Positions 8,630-18,369 of a DNA stretch of 44,535 bases are shown here, piece by piece. Below the pieces are notes generated by a model, which worked only from the letters and a program-made list of their open reading frames with translations, did no database searches and was not told the origin of the DNA. A program made the position numbers and the translations under genes. The stretch's first letter is position 1. Each line of letters begins with the position of its first letter. Source of the stretch: an uncultured Gammaproteobacteria bacterium (GTDB lineage: Bacteria > Patescibacteriota > Microgenomatia > UBA12405); assembly GCA_964448465.1 (NCBI GenBank), contig CAYUVY010000005.1, forward strand, positions 2,105 through 46,639, given 5' to 3'.

Positions 8630-9238
8630 TTACAACAAAAAGCTCTCACCGTGGCCAGGCAGGACCTCTGTACCTTCGGGTAGTTTATGTAATAACCCCA
8701 GACTCGCCACTAGCTCCTTACGATCACTATAATCATGTTCTGTGGAACCTACTCCATCCGCAAACAGTGTATCTCCTGTAAATAACAATAAGTCTTCCTC
8801 GCTGTAAAAACTCAGACTACCGGGGGTATGGCCAGGTGTAGGTATGATTTTTAGTCTAGAATTTCCCAATTTTATTTCTCCTACCTCCAACAGATCTACT
8901 TGAATTTTCAATTTTTCCGCCAAATCCATATTTCTTTTGCTAAAAAATCTAGCTGTATGGTTTATTCGATTAATCAAAAAATAGTCCTTACTATTGGCAT
9001 AAAATGGTACTCTATACATTAATTGTAGGTCATACGCAGCTAGCAGATGGTCATAATGACCGTGTGTAGCCACAATTCCCTTAATTATCAAGTTGCGTAC
9101 TCGAACCTCCTCCGAAATGGCCACCGCATCATCTGCCGGGTCCAATATAATGCATTTTTTGCTTTCCTCTTCCCACAATAAATAGCAGTTCGTGGAAAGT
9201 TCCCCCAAACATAGACTAGTGTATTTAAGCATTGCCAT
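8630..9238 (-). CDS. MBL-fold metallo-hydrolase (glyoxalase II-like)
   Basis: ILDPADD, VATHGHYDHL (HxHxDH), TPGHTPGS, FTGDTLF and LPGHG. Confidence 0.8.
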   Translation of the reverse strand: MAMLKYTSLCLGELSTNCYLLWEEESKKCIILDPADDAVAISEEVRVRNLIIKGIVATHGHYDHLLAAYDLQLMYRVPFYANSKDYFLINRINHTARFFSKRNMDLAEKLKIQVDLLEVGEIKLGNSRLKIIPTPGHTPGSLSFYSEEDLLLFTGDTLFADGVGSTEHDYSDRKELVASLGLLHKLPEGTEVLPGHGESFLL

Positions 9239-9252
9239 AGTATAATCAATAC

Positions 9253-9873
9253 ATGACCAAGACCCAAGTCCTAACTATCAGTACACTTATACTATTCTCT
9301 CTAACTCTCTCTGCTTGTGGTAAGGCCACACCTAAGGCCAAATTTAGCTCTGACTCCGACATTCAAGCTTTTCCGACTTTAAGCGATACCGCTGCTAAAG
9401 TAAAAATTAACTCCACTAAACAATTTAAATTAAACCAGGCTGTGCCTGTAGTTTATAAAACTACCGAAGGACAGGGAACCGTGGAATACAAAGCCAAGAA
9501 AATGACCGAAGTAGCCAGTATTGATGGCCGTCTCCCAGAAGATGGTAAAAAACTAGTTTTATTGGAATTTTCCTACAAGGGTAGTGCCAAAAACAAAGGA
9601 CAGCCGAGTACTGTCAACCAGATTGGTGACACACCTGCTCCTCAATTTGTTTTAGTTGATAAAAATAAAAACGAGTCTTTTGTGGAAGAAACCGTCTATT
9701 CCGATGCTTATGCTGCTTCAAAAAAACTTTTTGAATTATATAAATTAACCTTAGACAACGAAAAAGTTGTTGACACCGCCCTGGTTTTTCAAGTCGACAA
9801 AGCCCTACCGCTAAACTTAGCTGTTAGATTTACCAATTTAGAGGGTAAAACTGAATTTTACGATGTCCAATAA
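9253..9873 (+). CDS. Lipoprotein (hypothetical)
   Basis: Signal peptide with lipobox LTLSAC. A beta-rich body. TATAAT at 9241-9246 lies 6 nt before the ATG. Confidence 0.6.
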   Translation: MTKTQVLTISTLILFSLTLSACGKATPKAKFSSDSDIQAFPTLSDTAAKVKINSTKQFKLNQAVPVVYKTTEGQGTVEYKAKKMTEVASIDGRLPEDGKKLVLLEFSYKGSAKNKGQPSTVNQIGDTPAPQFVLVDKNKNESFVEETVYSDAYAASKKLFELYKLTLDNEKVVDTALVFQVDKALPLNLAVRFTNLEGKTEFYDVQ

Positions 9874-10402
9874 ACGTTTATACGTAGGCGGTATTCCCTT
9901 TACCACTACCGAAGGTGAACTTTTAAAGCTTTTTGTTGGCGATGGTAAAGTCATTGATGTCGTTTTAATGCTCGACGATCATCGCCGCAGTAAGGGCCAA
10001 GGTTTTGTGGAATTTGAAAGTGAAGATGATGCGATTCGGGCCAAAGAAAAATATCATAATTCCGAATTCATGGGTCGTCGTATGATTGTCGATTATGCCA
10101 AGGCCGATCCACTTCAAACACCCGAAGGTAAGGCAAAATTTGAAGATGCTCTCGTTCGTCGTGGACCACGATTTGAAAAATTTAATCGCCGTATTGAGCG
10201 CAAACAAGGTCGCAAATTTGGACCAGAAGTCAAAAAAAGTGCTCCAGTTGGTAGTTTTAGTACTTTTAACCACTCCCCACACCCAGATCAAGATAGTAAT
10301 GCCTACAAGCCTGCTTACCAAAGTCCACAGCGTCCTGGCTATTCTAGCTATAAAAAGCCCAAAAACTACAAGCCTTCCAAATTTAAGTCTCGCTATCAAT
10401 AA
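9863..10402 (+). CDS. RRM-domain RNA-binding protein with a disordered basic/Tyr-rich tail
   Basis: RNP-2 LYVGGI and RNP-1 KGQGFVEF are correctly spaced. The C-terminal ~90 aa is rich in K/R/P/S/Y. The start overlaps the upstream gene by 11 nt. Confidence 0.8.
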   Translation: MSNKRLYVGGIPFTTTEGELLKLFVGDGKVIDVVLMLDDHRRSKGQGFVEFESEDDAIRAKEKYHNSEFMGRRMIVDYAKADPLQTPEGKAKFEDALVRRGPRFEKFNRRIERKQGRKFGPEVKKSAPVGSFSTFNHSPHPDQDSNAYKPAYQSPQRPGYSSYKKPKNYKPSKFKSRYQ

Positions 10403-10407
10403 CTTGT

Positions 10408-10416
10408 TGATACAAT
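10408..10416 (+). promoter_or_regulatory. Extended -10 (TGaTACAAT), 7 nt upstream of the ATG at 10424
   Basis: Sequence TTGTTGATACAATacttctcATG. There is no SD in the gap. Confidence 0.4.
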
Positions 10417-10423
10417 ACTTCTC

Positions 10424-10723
10424 ATGAATCCTAATGTTGTATATCTTAGTTACGGTCGTAATCCTTGGGGAGGAACAGACCAAATAACAAAAATTGTTAA
10501 CTTAGAAGCAGGGCCAGTAACTCATCAGTTACAAAGAGGCGATACAATCCAAGTAAGTCTACGGGGAAGTGAAAAAGTAGTTTTAATTTGTGATAAAACA
10601 GGAAGATCTAAAGAATTAGTTCCAGACGAAAAAAATGATTTGGCATATACACTTGAAGATGGTCGAATCATAGAAATATCAAATACTAAATTAGAAAAGG
10701 TAGATAAGTTTAGAAGAATCTAA
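10424..10723 (+). CDS. Hypothetical protein (orphan, 99 aa)
   Basis: The ORF has its own extended -10 and a protein-like composition. I recognise no motif. Confidence 0.45.
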   Translation: MNPNVVYLSYGRNPWGGTDQITKIVNLEAGPVTHQLQRGDTIQVSLRGSEKVVLICDKTGRSKELVPDEKNDLAYTLEDGRIIEISNTKLEKVDKFRRI

Positions 10724-10736
10724 TGAATACAGATTA

Positions 10737-11819
10737 TTGTTTAATGGGCTTTTTGTCGGTATGACCATTGTCGGCCTGGCACCCATGGATGGGGTGACCA
10801 ACGAACCCTTTCGTCTTACTCAAGTCCAACTTTGTCGCCCAGACATAATTTTTACGGAATTTGTCAGTGCCGAAGGCATTACTCGTGGTGGTGTCAAGCT
10901 TTTTCAAGAATTATTTTATTCCCCAGAAGAGCGCCCCATCGTTGGTCAAATTTTTGGCAAAGACCCAGATGCTTTTTACCAGGCTGCTATTATTTTGTCC
11001 CACTTGGGTTTCGATCGTATCGACATTAATATGGGCTGTCCAGCCAAAACAGTCACTGAGCATGGCAGCGGCGCGGCTCTAATTGCCAATCCAGCTCTAG
11101 CCACAGAGTTAATTAATGCCACCAAATCGGGCATAAGTGATTATCAAAAAGGCATCAAAACCGCTTTTGATGTAGCCTACAACCAAAAAACCAAGGACGC
11201 TATCTCCGAAAATCTCGCTTTTTCCAAATTCGATCCAACCCAAGACCATCGCCAGTCTATACCCATATCTGTTAAAACCCGAGTGGGCATCCAAGATCCT
11301 AGCTTAGAAGTTTGGGTCGAACACCTACTAAAGCACGACTTGGACTTTATTACCATTCATGGTCGTACCTTAAAACAAATGTATTCAGGTCTGGCCGACT
11401 GGGAACTTATTGCCAAAGCAGCACAAATTGCCCAGGGTACTAAAACCAAAATTTGGGGTAGCGGTGATATCAAAACCCGTGCTCAGGCCCAAGAGTATGG
11501 TCAAAAGTATGCAGTGGATGGGGTCCTAATTGGCCGGGCTGCCATGGACAACCCCTGGTGCTTTGAAAATAGAGTAGGCACATCCGCAGAGCGGTTTCAG
11601 GCTATGTATCAACATGCCCAAAACTTTATGAAAACCTTTCCCGAGCGTCGCTTTGACCCTTTGCGCAAGATATTTCTAGCCTATACTTCCGGTCTTCCCA
11701 ACGCCAAAGAACTACGTAGCAAACTAATCTTTGTTTCTAACCTAGAACAATTATCCGAAATGAAACCAAGTTTTACCCAGGCTAGTTCACCTATATTAAG
11801 TAATAAATTCTTAGTATAA
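10737..11819 (+). CDS. tRNA-dihydrouridine synthase
   Basis: LAPMDGVTNEPFR, VGQIFG, IDINMGCP, SVKTRVG and ITIHGRT (Dus TIM-barrel landmarks). The start could be TTG 10737 or ATG 10761. Confidence 0.85.
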   Translation: MFNGLFVGMTIVGLAPMDGVTNEPFRLTQVQLCRPDIIFTEFVSAEGITRGGVKLFQELFYSPEERPIVGQIFGKDPDAFYQAAIILSHLGFDRIDINMGCPAKTVTEHGSGAALIANPALATELINATKSGISDYQKGIKTAFDVAYNQKTKDAISENLAFSKFDPTQDHRQSIPISVKTRVGIQDPSLEVWVEHLLKHDLDFITIHGRTLKQMYSGLADWELIAKAAQIAQGTKTKIWGSGDIKTRAQAQEYGQKYAVDGVLIGRAAMDNPWCFENRVGTSAERFQAMYQHAQNFMKTFPERRFDPLRKIFLAYTSGLPNAKELRSKLIFVSNLEQLSEMKPSFTQASSPILSNKFLV

Positions 11820-11826
11820 TATTTTA

Positions 11827-13218
11827 GTGTCTATCAGGCTTACTAATAAGTATAATTTCAGAAATAAAAAAGTCCTAATTTTTGGACTGGGTCTAAATGA
11901 CGGAGGACTAGGTATGGCTAAATTTTTTGCCAGTCAGGGTGCTATTCTAACGATTACCGACAATAAGACTGAGGAAATCTTGGCACCGACTATTCGTAAG
12001 TTAAAAAAATACAAAACCATAACTTACCACCTGGGAGGACATTTGGAGCAAGATTTTATCGACACTGACTTTGTTGTACGCAATCCCTCCGTAAAACCAA
12101 GTAGTCCTTATTTACAATTAGCCCAAAAGCACAAAAAACCTATTTTGATGGAATTGCCTCTTTTTATGAAACTAGCTCCATGTAAAATAATTGGGGTTAC
12201 GGGTACAAAAGGCAAGTCCACTACTAGCAGCCTAATTTATCAAATACTAAGAAAAAATAAGCAACATCGCGTATTTCTTGCAGGTAATATAGGTAAATCA
12301 GCCATTGCTCTTCTGCCTAAAATAAAAAAAACTGATTGGGTCATTTTAGAGCTATCTAGTTTCCAGCTAGACAGCTTTGATTTCTCTCTAAAATCACCAC
12401 ATATTTCCGTTATAACAAACTTGAAAAACGACCATGTTGACTGGCATGGTAGTTTAGAAAACTATCATCAGGCGAAGCTGAATATCTCTAAATACCAAAC
12501 ACCAAAAGACTTTACAATTATTAATCTAGACGACCCCAACTCTCTTAAGGCTAAAGTAGAAATACGAGGCAAGGTTGTTACCATATCTACAAGTCAAACC
12601 AAAGCCAATTTTTATTCTGATGGCACGTGGATATTTGAAAACCAAAAAAAATTATTTCAGCTGAAAACTAAGCTTTTTTTACACACAAATTTGTCCAATA
12701 TTCTGCAAGCAGTCGCCGTTGCCAGACTTCAAAACATATCTTTAAAAATTATTTCTAGCATAATTTCAAGATACAAAAATCTACCTGGTCGTTTAGAATA
12801 TTTGGGCAAAAAGAATGGCGTGGATATCTACAACGACACCACTGCGACAAATCCTGAGGCAGTTGCAAATAATCTGGAATCACTCTCCCTCAAATACGGC
12901 TCAAATATTATTCTATTAGCGGGTGGTATGGATAAGTTATTTGATTATTCAATACTTAAAGAACCGATATTAAAATACACCAAAGGTGTTGTACTATTTG
13001 AAGGTACAGGTAGTGAAAAAATCAAGCAGAGTATTATTGAGACGAATCATCCAATTTATTCTTTTTATGGCACTATGTCGACAGCCTTTACCAAGGCAAT
13101 AGAGATTTCTCGACCGGGGTATTGTTTAGTTCTGTCTCCCGGAGCCACTAGTTTTAATATGTTTCAAAACGAATTTGATCGAGGAGCACAATTCAATGCT
13201 GAATTTAAAAAATCTTAA
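11827..13218 (+). CDS. murD: UDP-N-acetylmuramoylalanine--D-glutamate ligase
   Basis: N-terminal Rossmann segment KVLIFGLGLNDGG, P-loop IGVTGTKGKSTTSSLI, NLKNDHVDWHG and YNDTTATNPEA. GTG start, 6 nt after TATAAT at 11815-11820. Confidence 0.85.
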   Translation: MSIRLTNKYNFRNKKVLIFGLGLNDGGLGMAKFFASQGAILTITDNKTEEILAPTIRKLKKYKTITYHLGGHLEQDFIDTDFVVRNPSVKPSSPYLQLAQKHKKPILMELPLFMKLAPCKIIGVTGTKGKSTTSSLIYQILRKNKQHRVFLAGNIGKSAIALLPKIKKTDWVILELSSFQLDSFDFSLKSPHISVITNLKNDHVDWHGSLENYHQAKLNISKYQTPKDFTIINLDDPNSLKAKVEIRGKVVTISTSQTKANFYSDGTWIFENQKKLFQLKTKLFLHTNLSNILQAVAVARLQNISLKIISSIISRYKNLPGRLEYLGKKNGVDIYNDTTATNPEAVANNLESLSLKYGSNIILLAGGMDKLFDYSILKEPILKYTKGVVLFEGTGSEKIKQSIIETNHPIYSFYGTMSTAFTKAIEISRPGYCLVLSPGATSFNMFQNEFDRGAQFNAEFKKS

Positions 13219-14527
13219 AAAAGTACACTTTATTGGCATCTCCTCCCCGTATGCAAGTTTTTGTGCTCAAAAATTAATCCACCTAGGTATTGAAGTTACT
13301 GCCTCTGAATTGATTCAAAATAATAACAATGCTCAACACTGGCTTGAACAAAAGATTCTATTTCCAGGAGGACATGACGCAAAATACATCACTCCTGATT
13401 TAGACTTAGTAGTCTATCCCAATGGTCCTATTCCCGGCAATCCAGAGTGCTCCCGTGCCCAAGAACTCAAACTAAGCACAATAACTTTGCCAAAGTTAGT
13501 TGGTGAATTATCCAAAGATTACCAAGTTATTGCCATAGCTGGTACTCACGGTAAAACTACTACTACGGCATTAATTGTTTGGTTGTTACACACCCTACAA
13601 ACGACCCCCAATTTTATTATTTCCGATGCCTCCGATGTAATATTTAAGTTAAATCAAAACTACAATCTTAATCCCAATAGCCCTTATCTAGTTCTTGAAG
13701 CATGTGAATATAAGCGCCAATTCCTAGATAGAGCTCCACATCCCAAGTATTCTCTTATTACCAATATCGATCTAGACCACACTGATTACTACCACGACCA
13801 GCAAGACTACAATAGTGCCTTTGCCCAGTTCACTGCTAACACCACAGGCCAAGTATTTCTTAATTTACAGGGAAAAAACGAACAGAGTCTTAATCTTCAA
13901 AGTTGTATAGATTATTCAAACTATTTGACTTATACAAATAAAATTCACAACCCTGTTCTCCCTGGTCTTCACAATCAGCAAAATATGGCTTTGGCTATCT
14001 CCTTGGGGGTACATTTGGGTTTTTCAGTAGAGGACACACTAAGTGCTATCTCTAAATTCCCCGGTGTTTCACGACGCTTTGAGCTTTTGGGTAAAACGGA
14101 ACATGGCAACATCGTATACAGAGACTATGCTCACAATCCAAGTAAATTAAATTCGCTATTATCAGCTGTAAAGGAAACTTATCCGAATAAAAAAATAGTC
14201 TTAATATTTCAACCTCATAGTCGAGAAAGAAGTCATACTTTCCAGAATGATTTTGCAAATAGTGTTGTTGGGATAGATTATGTTTACATACCCAATATCT
14301 TTATACCCACCAGAGAAAAAACACTCTTCTTGGACCTCATCTCTGATTCGGATTTTGTAGAAGTGCTAAAAACCAAAAACAAAAATTGCTTTTACACAAA
14401 CGGTTACGAGAAGCTAAGTCTGTTTCTACAAAAGCACGATATAGAGCCAAACACCATATTCGTTTTTGCATCCGCTGGAGATATGCAAGACAAAATTAAA
14501 GACATATTGCCATATGAGAATCTATAG
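13196..14527 (+). CDS. murC: UDP-N-acetylmuramate--L-alanine ligase
   Basis: VHFIGISS, IAIAGTHGKTTTTALI, TNIDLDHTDYY and YRDYAHNPSK. ATG 13196 is preceded by GAGGAG (SD). It overlaps the murD 3' end by 23 nt. The ORF track extends to 13175. Confidence 0.85.
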   Translation: MLNLKNLKKVHFIGISSPYASFCAQKLIHLGIEVTASELIQNNNNAQHWLEQKILFPGGHDAKYITPDLDLVVYPNGPIPGNPECSRAQELKLSTITLPKLVGELSKDYQVIAIAGTHGKTTTTALIVWLLHTLQTTPNFIISDASDVIFKLNQNYNLNPNSPYLVLEACEYKRQFLDRAPHPKYSLITNIDLDHTDYYHDQQDYNSAFAQFTANTTGQVFLNLQGKNEQSLNLQSCIDYSNYLTYTNKIHNPVLPGLHNQQNMALAISLGVHLGFSVEDTLSAISKFPGVSRRFELLGKTEHGNIVYRDYAHNPSKLNSLLSAVKETYPNKKIVLIFQPHSRERSHTFQNDFANSVVGIDYVYIPNIFIPTREKTLFLDLISDSDFVEVLKTKNKNCFYTNGYEKLSLFLQKHDIEPNTIFVFASAGDMQDKIKDILPYENL

Positions 14528-15584
14528 ATATATTAATTTACAGAACTTAAATACCTTAAAAATTAAGGCTTATGCTGATTATTATCTAAGTATAAAAGAC
14601 GTTTCTCAACTTATAACTATCGACCCAGACGTATATAAGTTACCCAAACTTATTTTGGGTGGCGGAAGTAACATTCTCCTTACAAGAGATTGGAAGGGTC
14701 TGATAATTAAACTAGAAAATCGTGGTATCACTAAAGTATCCGAAAGTAATATCTCGGTGAAATATCAAGTTGCAGCAGGCGAAAATTGGCATAAATTTGT
14801 CAAAACAATGGTCAATCTTGGGCTTGGGGGTGTTGAAAATATGGCCTTAATCCCTGGAACAGTAGGTGGTGCTGTAGTGCAAAATATCGCTGCTTATGGT
14901 CAAAACCTTGAAGATATTTGTGAAAGTGTCGATTATTGGGACTGGGAAAAGAAAAAGACAATTAGCATTTCAAAGAATGAATGTAAGTTTACCTATAGAC
15001 ACAGTATCTTTAAAGACAAATTAGCAGGCAAGGCGATGGTAATCTCCGCCATCATTAAACTACATAAAAAACCAAAAATTGAAGATAATTATTACTCACT
15101 TGCCATTAAGCACGAGTCAATAAAAAACGAGCTAGCACATCGAAAAATATCCAAAGCAACCGTTAAAGATATCTATTTATCTGTAATCTCCATACGAAAA
15201 AGACAATTACTTGATTGGAAAAAAAGTCCTACAGCAGGTTCATTTTTCAAAAACCCAGTTGTTTCTATGGCCAAATACATTGAGCTTTCCAACCAAATAT
15301 CTGAGCTTCAACAATATCCAGCAGATAAGCTTAGTTATAATTACTCGTTTGAGTTTAAACCAGATGTTCAATACGTTAAAATTCCTGCAGGCAGGCTCTT
15401 GGACTACTTGGGTTGGAGAGGGAAGACTGTGAACCATTGTTTTAGCTCCCCAAAACATGCCCTAATTGTTACTCACGATGGCAAAGCAACTGGTGTAGAT
15501 TTACTAAATTACGTAAATCTAGTAAAAAAGGATGTTAAAACAAAACTCGGAATCGACTTAGAAACCGAAATTGTAATAGTTTAA
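14514..15584 (+). CDS. murB: UDP-N-acetylenolpyruvoylglucosamine reductase
   Basis: LILGGGSNILL, AAGENWHKFV, IPGTVGGAVVQNIAAYG and AGSFFKNP. ATG 14514 overlaps the murC 3' end by 14 nt. The ORF track extends to 14466. Confidence 0.8.
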   Translation: MRIYRYINLQNLNTLKIKAYADYYLSIKDVSQLITIDPDVYKLPKLILGGGSNILLTRDWKGLIIKLENRGITKVSESNISVKYQVAAGENWHKFVKTMVNLGLGGVENMALIPGTVGGAVVQNIAAYGQNLEDICESVDYWDWEKKKTISISKNECKFTYRHSIFKDKLAGKAMVISAIIKLHKKPKIEDNYYSLAIKHESIKNELAHRKISKATVKDIYLSVISIRKRQLLDWKKSPTAGSFFKNPVVSMAKYIELSNQISELQQYPADKLSYNYSFEFKPDVQYVKIPAGRLLDYLGWRGKTVNHCFSSPKHALIVTHDGKATGVDLLNYVNLVKKDVKTKLGIDLETEIVIV

Positions 15585-16396
15585 GTTTGAACAAATTCCT
15601 CATTTTCCAAAAAGATTTTCTCAATCGCGTCTTCTAGTTTTTGGTCTTTGCTAGTTTTTACCGTGCCAATGTCTCCGTCAAAGACAATTTTCCCATGATT
15701 AATCACAATCACCCTATCGCAAATATGTTCAATGTCATCCATGTCGTGTGAAGTAAGTATCACTGTGGTTTCCGTCTCTTTGTTTAAATATCGAATAAAA
15801 TTTCTAATGGCCTTTTTACTAGTAATATCCAAGCCAATTGTCGGCTCATCTAAAAACAATACTCTTGGTTGATGTAAAACAGCGGCAATTAATTCCATTT
15901 TCATTCTTTCTCCAAGAGACAATTTTCGCACTTGTCGATTTACTAATTGTTCCCAATTCCCCGTAAATAACACTTTTGCTAATTTATCCAGACTGTTCTT
16001 GTAGACTTTATCCGATAATTCGTAAATTTCTTTGTAAATTGTAAAAGATTGCTTGGCAGTCAAATCCCAATTTAAGCCATTTTTATTACCCATCACTAAA
16101 CCAATTTGTTTTAAAAATTTTTCCTCTCGATCTTGTGGTGTATATCCCAAAACCTTTATTTCCCCGCTAGTGGGGTAAACCAAGCCTGTCAACATTTTTG
16201 TGGTGGTAGTCTTACCAGCTCCATTTGGTCCCAAAAAAGCCACACAATCACCCGACTTTATTTCAAATGAGATATTGTCCACCGCCTTGGTATATTCCCA
16301 TTTTGGCTTAAATATCTTTTTAACCCAATTTTTTTCTACGTTCGACTTGTAGTGCTTAGATATATTTATAACTGAAACTGCTAAATTATTTTTCAT
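15581..16396 (-). CDS. ABC transporter ATP-binding protein
   Basis: Walker A GPNGAGKTTTT, signature LSLGERMKM, Walker B LFLDEPT and H-loop TSHDM. A strong SD, AGGAGG, lies upstream. Its stop shares the sequence TTAA with the murB stop. Confidence 0.85.
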   Translation of the reverse strand: MKNNLAVSVINISKHYKSNVEKNWVKKIFKPKWEYTKAVDNISFEIKSGDCVAFLGPNGAGKTTTTKMLTGLVYPTSGEIKVLGYTPQDREEKFLKQIGLVMGNKNGLNWDLTAKQSFTIYKEIYELSDKVYKNSLDKLAKVLFTGNWEQLVNRQVRKLSLGERMKMELIAAVLHQPRVLFLDEPTIGLDITSKKAIRNFIRYLNKETETTVILTSHDMDDIEHICDRVIVINHGKIVFDGDIGTVKTSKDQKLEDAIEKIFLENEEFVQT

Positions 16397-17191
16397 TTAT
16401 CCTCCTGCCGACGAATAATGTTTAAGCGAGATTTTCCAAATATAATATCGAATAAATTGAAAAGAGATAAAAACACCCGTAGCTAATATAGAGTAATAAA
16501 CGGGGTCTGACTTTCCCAATATCACCGAGGCAGGCACAATTGACATTAAGCCAATGGGCAGAATAGTCGATAAACCCATTTGCAGAGCAGGTGAATAGCC
16601 TTGCAATGGGGTACTAGAAGCGTTTAGGATACTATCTTGTATTCTGTAAATTTTTTTTAAATCAGGGTTAAAAAATGATGCACATGACATTATAAAACCA
16701 GTTATTTCAAACAAGGACAAGCCAAGCAAGAGAATGTATGATCCAAGTAATATATTTAGATTATCAAGACCAAGCTCAGTCCAATTAATTCTTGTAAAAA
16801 TCATAGATAAAGGTATAACTGTCCAAGTAATCGTAGCCAGTAGTTGAATCTTGGAAAACATCATTTGCATTAATGCTGAATAAGGTCTCAATAAAAGAAA
16901 GTCTAAATTTCCAGTACTAACTAGTAATTGGAATTTTTTTGTTGACGGCTGCACTGATATCCAGGTTAAGTAATAGGTTACTTGGGTAATAAAAAACAAA
17001 AATACGGATTCATTTTTGGTATAACCTGCAAAAACTTTTATTTTATTAAATATTACTTCAATAAAAGCTAAGTAAAATATACTATAACCAATACTAGTCA
17101 TTAATGTCGCAAAGTTTTTTGAAAAATAGGCTGTATCAATCATCCAGTCATATTTAATTTGTAGCCATATAATTCTAACTATTTTCTTCAT
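16397..17191 (-). CDS. ABC-2-type permease subunit
   Basis: About 6 TM helices, immediately upstream of the ATPase (abutting), with SD GAAGGA upstream. Confidence 0.6.
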   Translation of the reverse strand: MKKIVRIIWLQIKYDWMIDTAYFSKNFATLMTSIGYSIFYLAFIEVIFNKIKVFAGYTKNESVFLFFITQVTYYLTWISVQPSTKKFQLLVSTGNLDFLLLRPYSALMQMMFSKIQLLATITWTVIPLSMIFTRINWTELGLDNLNILLGSYILLLGLSLFEITGFIMSCASFFNPDLKKIYRIQDSILNASSTPLQGYSPALQMGLSTILPIGLMSIVPASVILGKSDPVYYSILATGVFISFQFIRYYIWKISLKHYSSAGG

Positions 17192-17946
17192 GCGCCAATT
17201 CCTTCATATTTTTTTAACCCTATGTGCCAAAATTTATTTGTAATAAATATCAATACTATTACCCACAAAACAGGCATTATAATATGATTTGTCATATTTA
17301 TCTCCTTACCTTGTAGTAACTCTATTGGTGTTGCAATCATGTGTCGAAATGGCAGTAAGCTAAATACCCCCTGAGTCTTTTCAGAAAAAAAAGTTAAAGG
17401 AACAAGATAGCCTGAAATTAGCATTATGACTTGGCGGGATATTAAACGTATCTGCTCTCCTACGGGTCCCCAAAAGCTAAAAGTAGCTACAATAATAGAC
17501 AGACAATCCGTGATTATGGAGCCGAAAATACAAAAAGTTATAAAAAGTAAAATTTGTAGAAAACTTGGTTTTATTAACCATACTGCCAAAGCTAAGCTTG
17601 GAATACCTGTGGTAACTGTGTAAAACAAGTATCTGCCATAATCTTCAAAAAGTATTTTCAGCGCAGGATTAAGTGGGCGAATTAGATAATTGTTTAAACT
17701 GCCATTGTGAATTGCGTCCTCAATATTATGTGCTGGACCCAAATCTGGAGAGATTAAGTCATCCAAAAAACTTACTAGCAAGAAATATGAAACGATATTG
17801 GTTTCAAACTTCCCATATATAGCCGACCAAAAGCAAACTAAAAAACCCATCCTAATCAATTTTGCCAAGGTACTCATTAGTCTGTCTGCCGGCAAATTCA
17901 AATAGAAAATAAAATATTGCCAGGATATCGTCAAATATGGCCTCAT
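17188..17946 (-). CDS. ABC-2-type permease subunit (paralogous partner)
   Basis: About 6 TM helices, with a 4-nt overlap on the next permease. The ORF is open to 17988, but the ATG at 17946 follows a -10-like CATACT at a 6-nt gap, and the extra 14 aa look non-native. Confidence 0.55.
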   Translation of the reverse strand: MRPYLTISWQYFIFYLNLPADRLMSTLAKLIRMGFLVCFWSAIYGKFETNIVSYFLLVSFLDDLISPDLGPAHNIEDAIHNGSLNNYLIRPLNPALKILFEDYGRYLFYTVTTGIPSLALAVWLIKPSFLQILLFITFCIFGSIITDCLSIIVATFSFWGPVGEQIRLISRQVIMLISGYLVPLTFFSEKTQGVFSLLPFRHMIATPIELLQGKEINMTNHIIMPVLWVIVLIFITNKFWHIGLKKYEGIGA

Positions 17947-18006
17947 GTTCCAAGTATGGCAGGAAATATTTTCTCTGCAACTTGACAAAATATATCAATT
18001 TAGCAC

Positions 18007-18035
18007 TCGACAAAATTCTGTGCCAAGTGTATATT
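18007..18035 (+). promoter_or_regulatory. Putative sigma70-type promoter of trxA (TCGACA-N17-TATATT), with the -10 ending 6 nt before the ATG
   Basis: TCGACA at 18007-18012, a 17-nt spacer, TATATT at 18030-18035, and the ATG at 18042. There is no SD. Confidence 0.45.
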
Positions 18036-18041
18036 TATTAA

Positions 18042-18356
18042 ATGACCACAACCAACGCTACCAAACAAAGTTTCCAAGCAGAAGTTTTAGATTTCAAAGG
18101 TAAGGTCTTAGTCGACTTTTGGGCCCCCTGGTGTGGACCTTGTCAAATGCTTGGGCCAGTCTTAGAAGAACTAGAAAAAGAAAATGCCGGCAAATTTAAA
18201 TTAGTTAAAGTAAACGTGGACGACGAGCAAGAACTAGCCATGAAATATCAAATTAGCTCCATTCCTGCCGTACATGTTTTTGACTCTGGTAAGCATACTG
18301 GCCAAATCATTGGCTTCAACCAAAAAGATACCTACAAGCAAGCGCTCGGAATTTAA
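18042..18356 (+). CDS. trxA: Thioredoxin
   Basis: VDFWAPWCGPCQMLGP active site. 104 aa, with thioredoxin length and layout. Confidence 0.9.
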   Translation: MTTTNATKQSFQAEVLDFKGKVLVDFWAPWCGPCQMLGPVLEELEKENAGKFKLVKVNVDDEQELAMKYQISSIPAVHVFDSGKHTGQIIGFNQKDTYKQALGI

Positions 18357-18369
18357 GGTAAAATAGGCC

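Noticed and set aside
11827-17988. Calling accessory islands from GC content alone.
   Set aside because: My hand counts show low G+C (~30-37%) also in murD, murC and the ABC permeases, not only in the orphan islets. Composition varies too much within core genes to be diagnostic without proper statistics.
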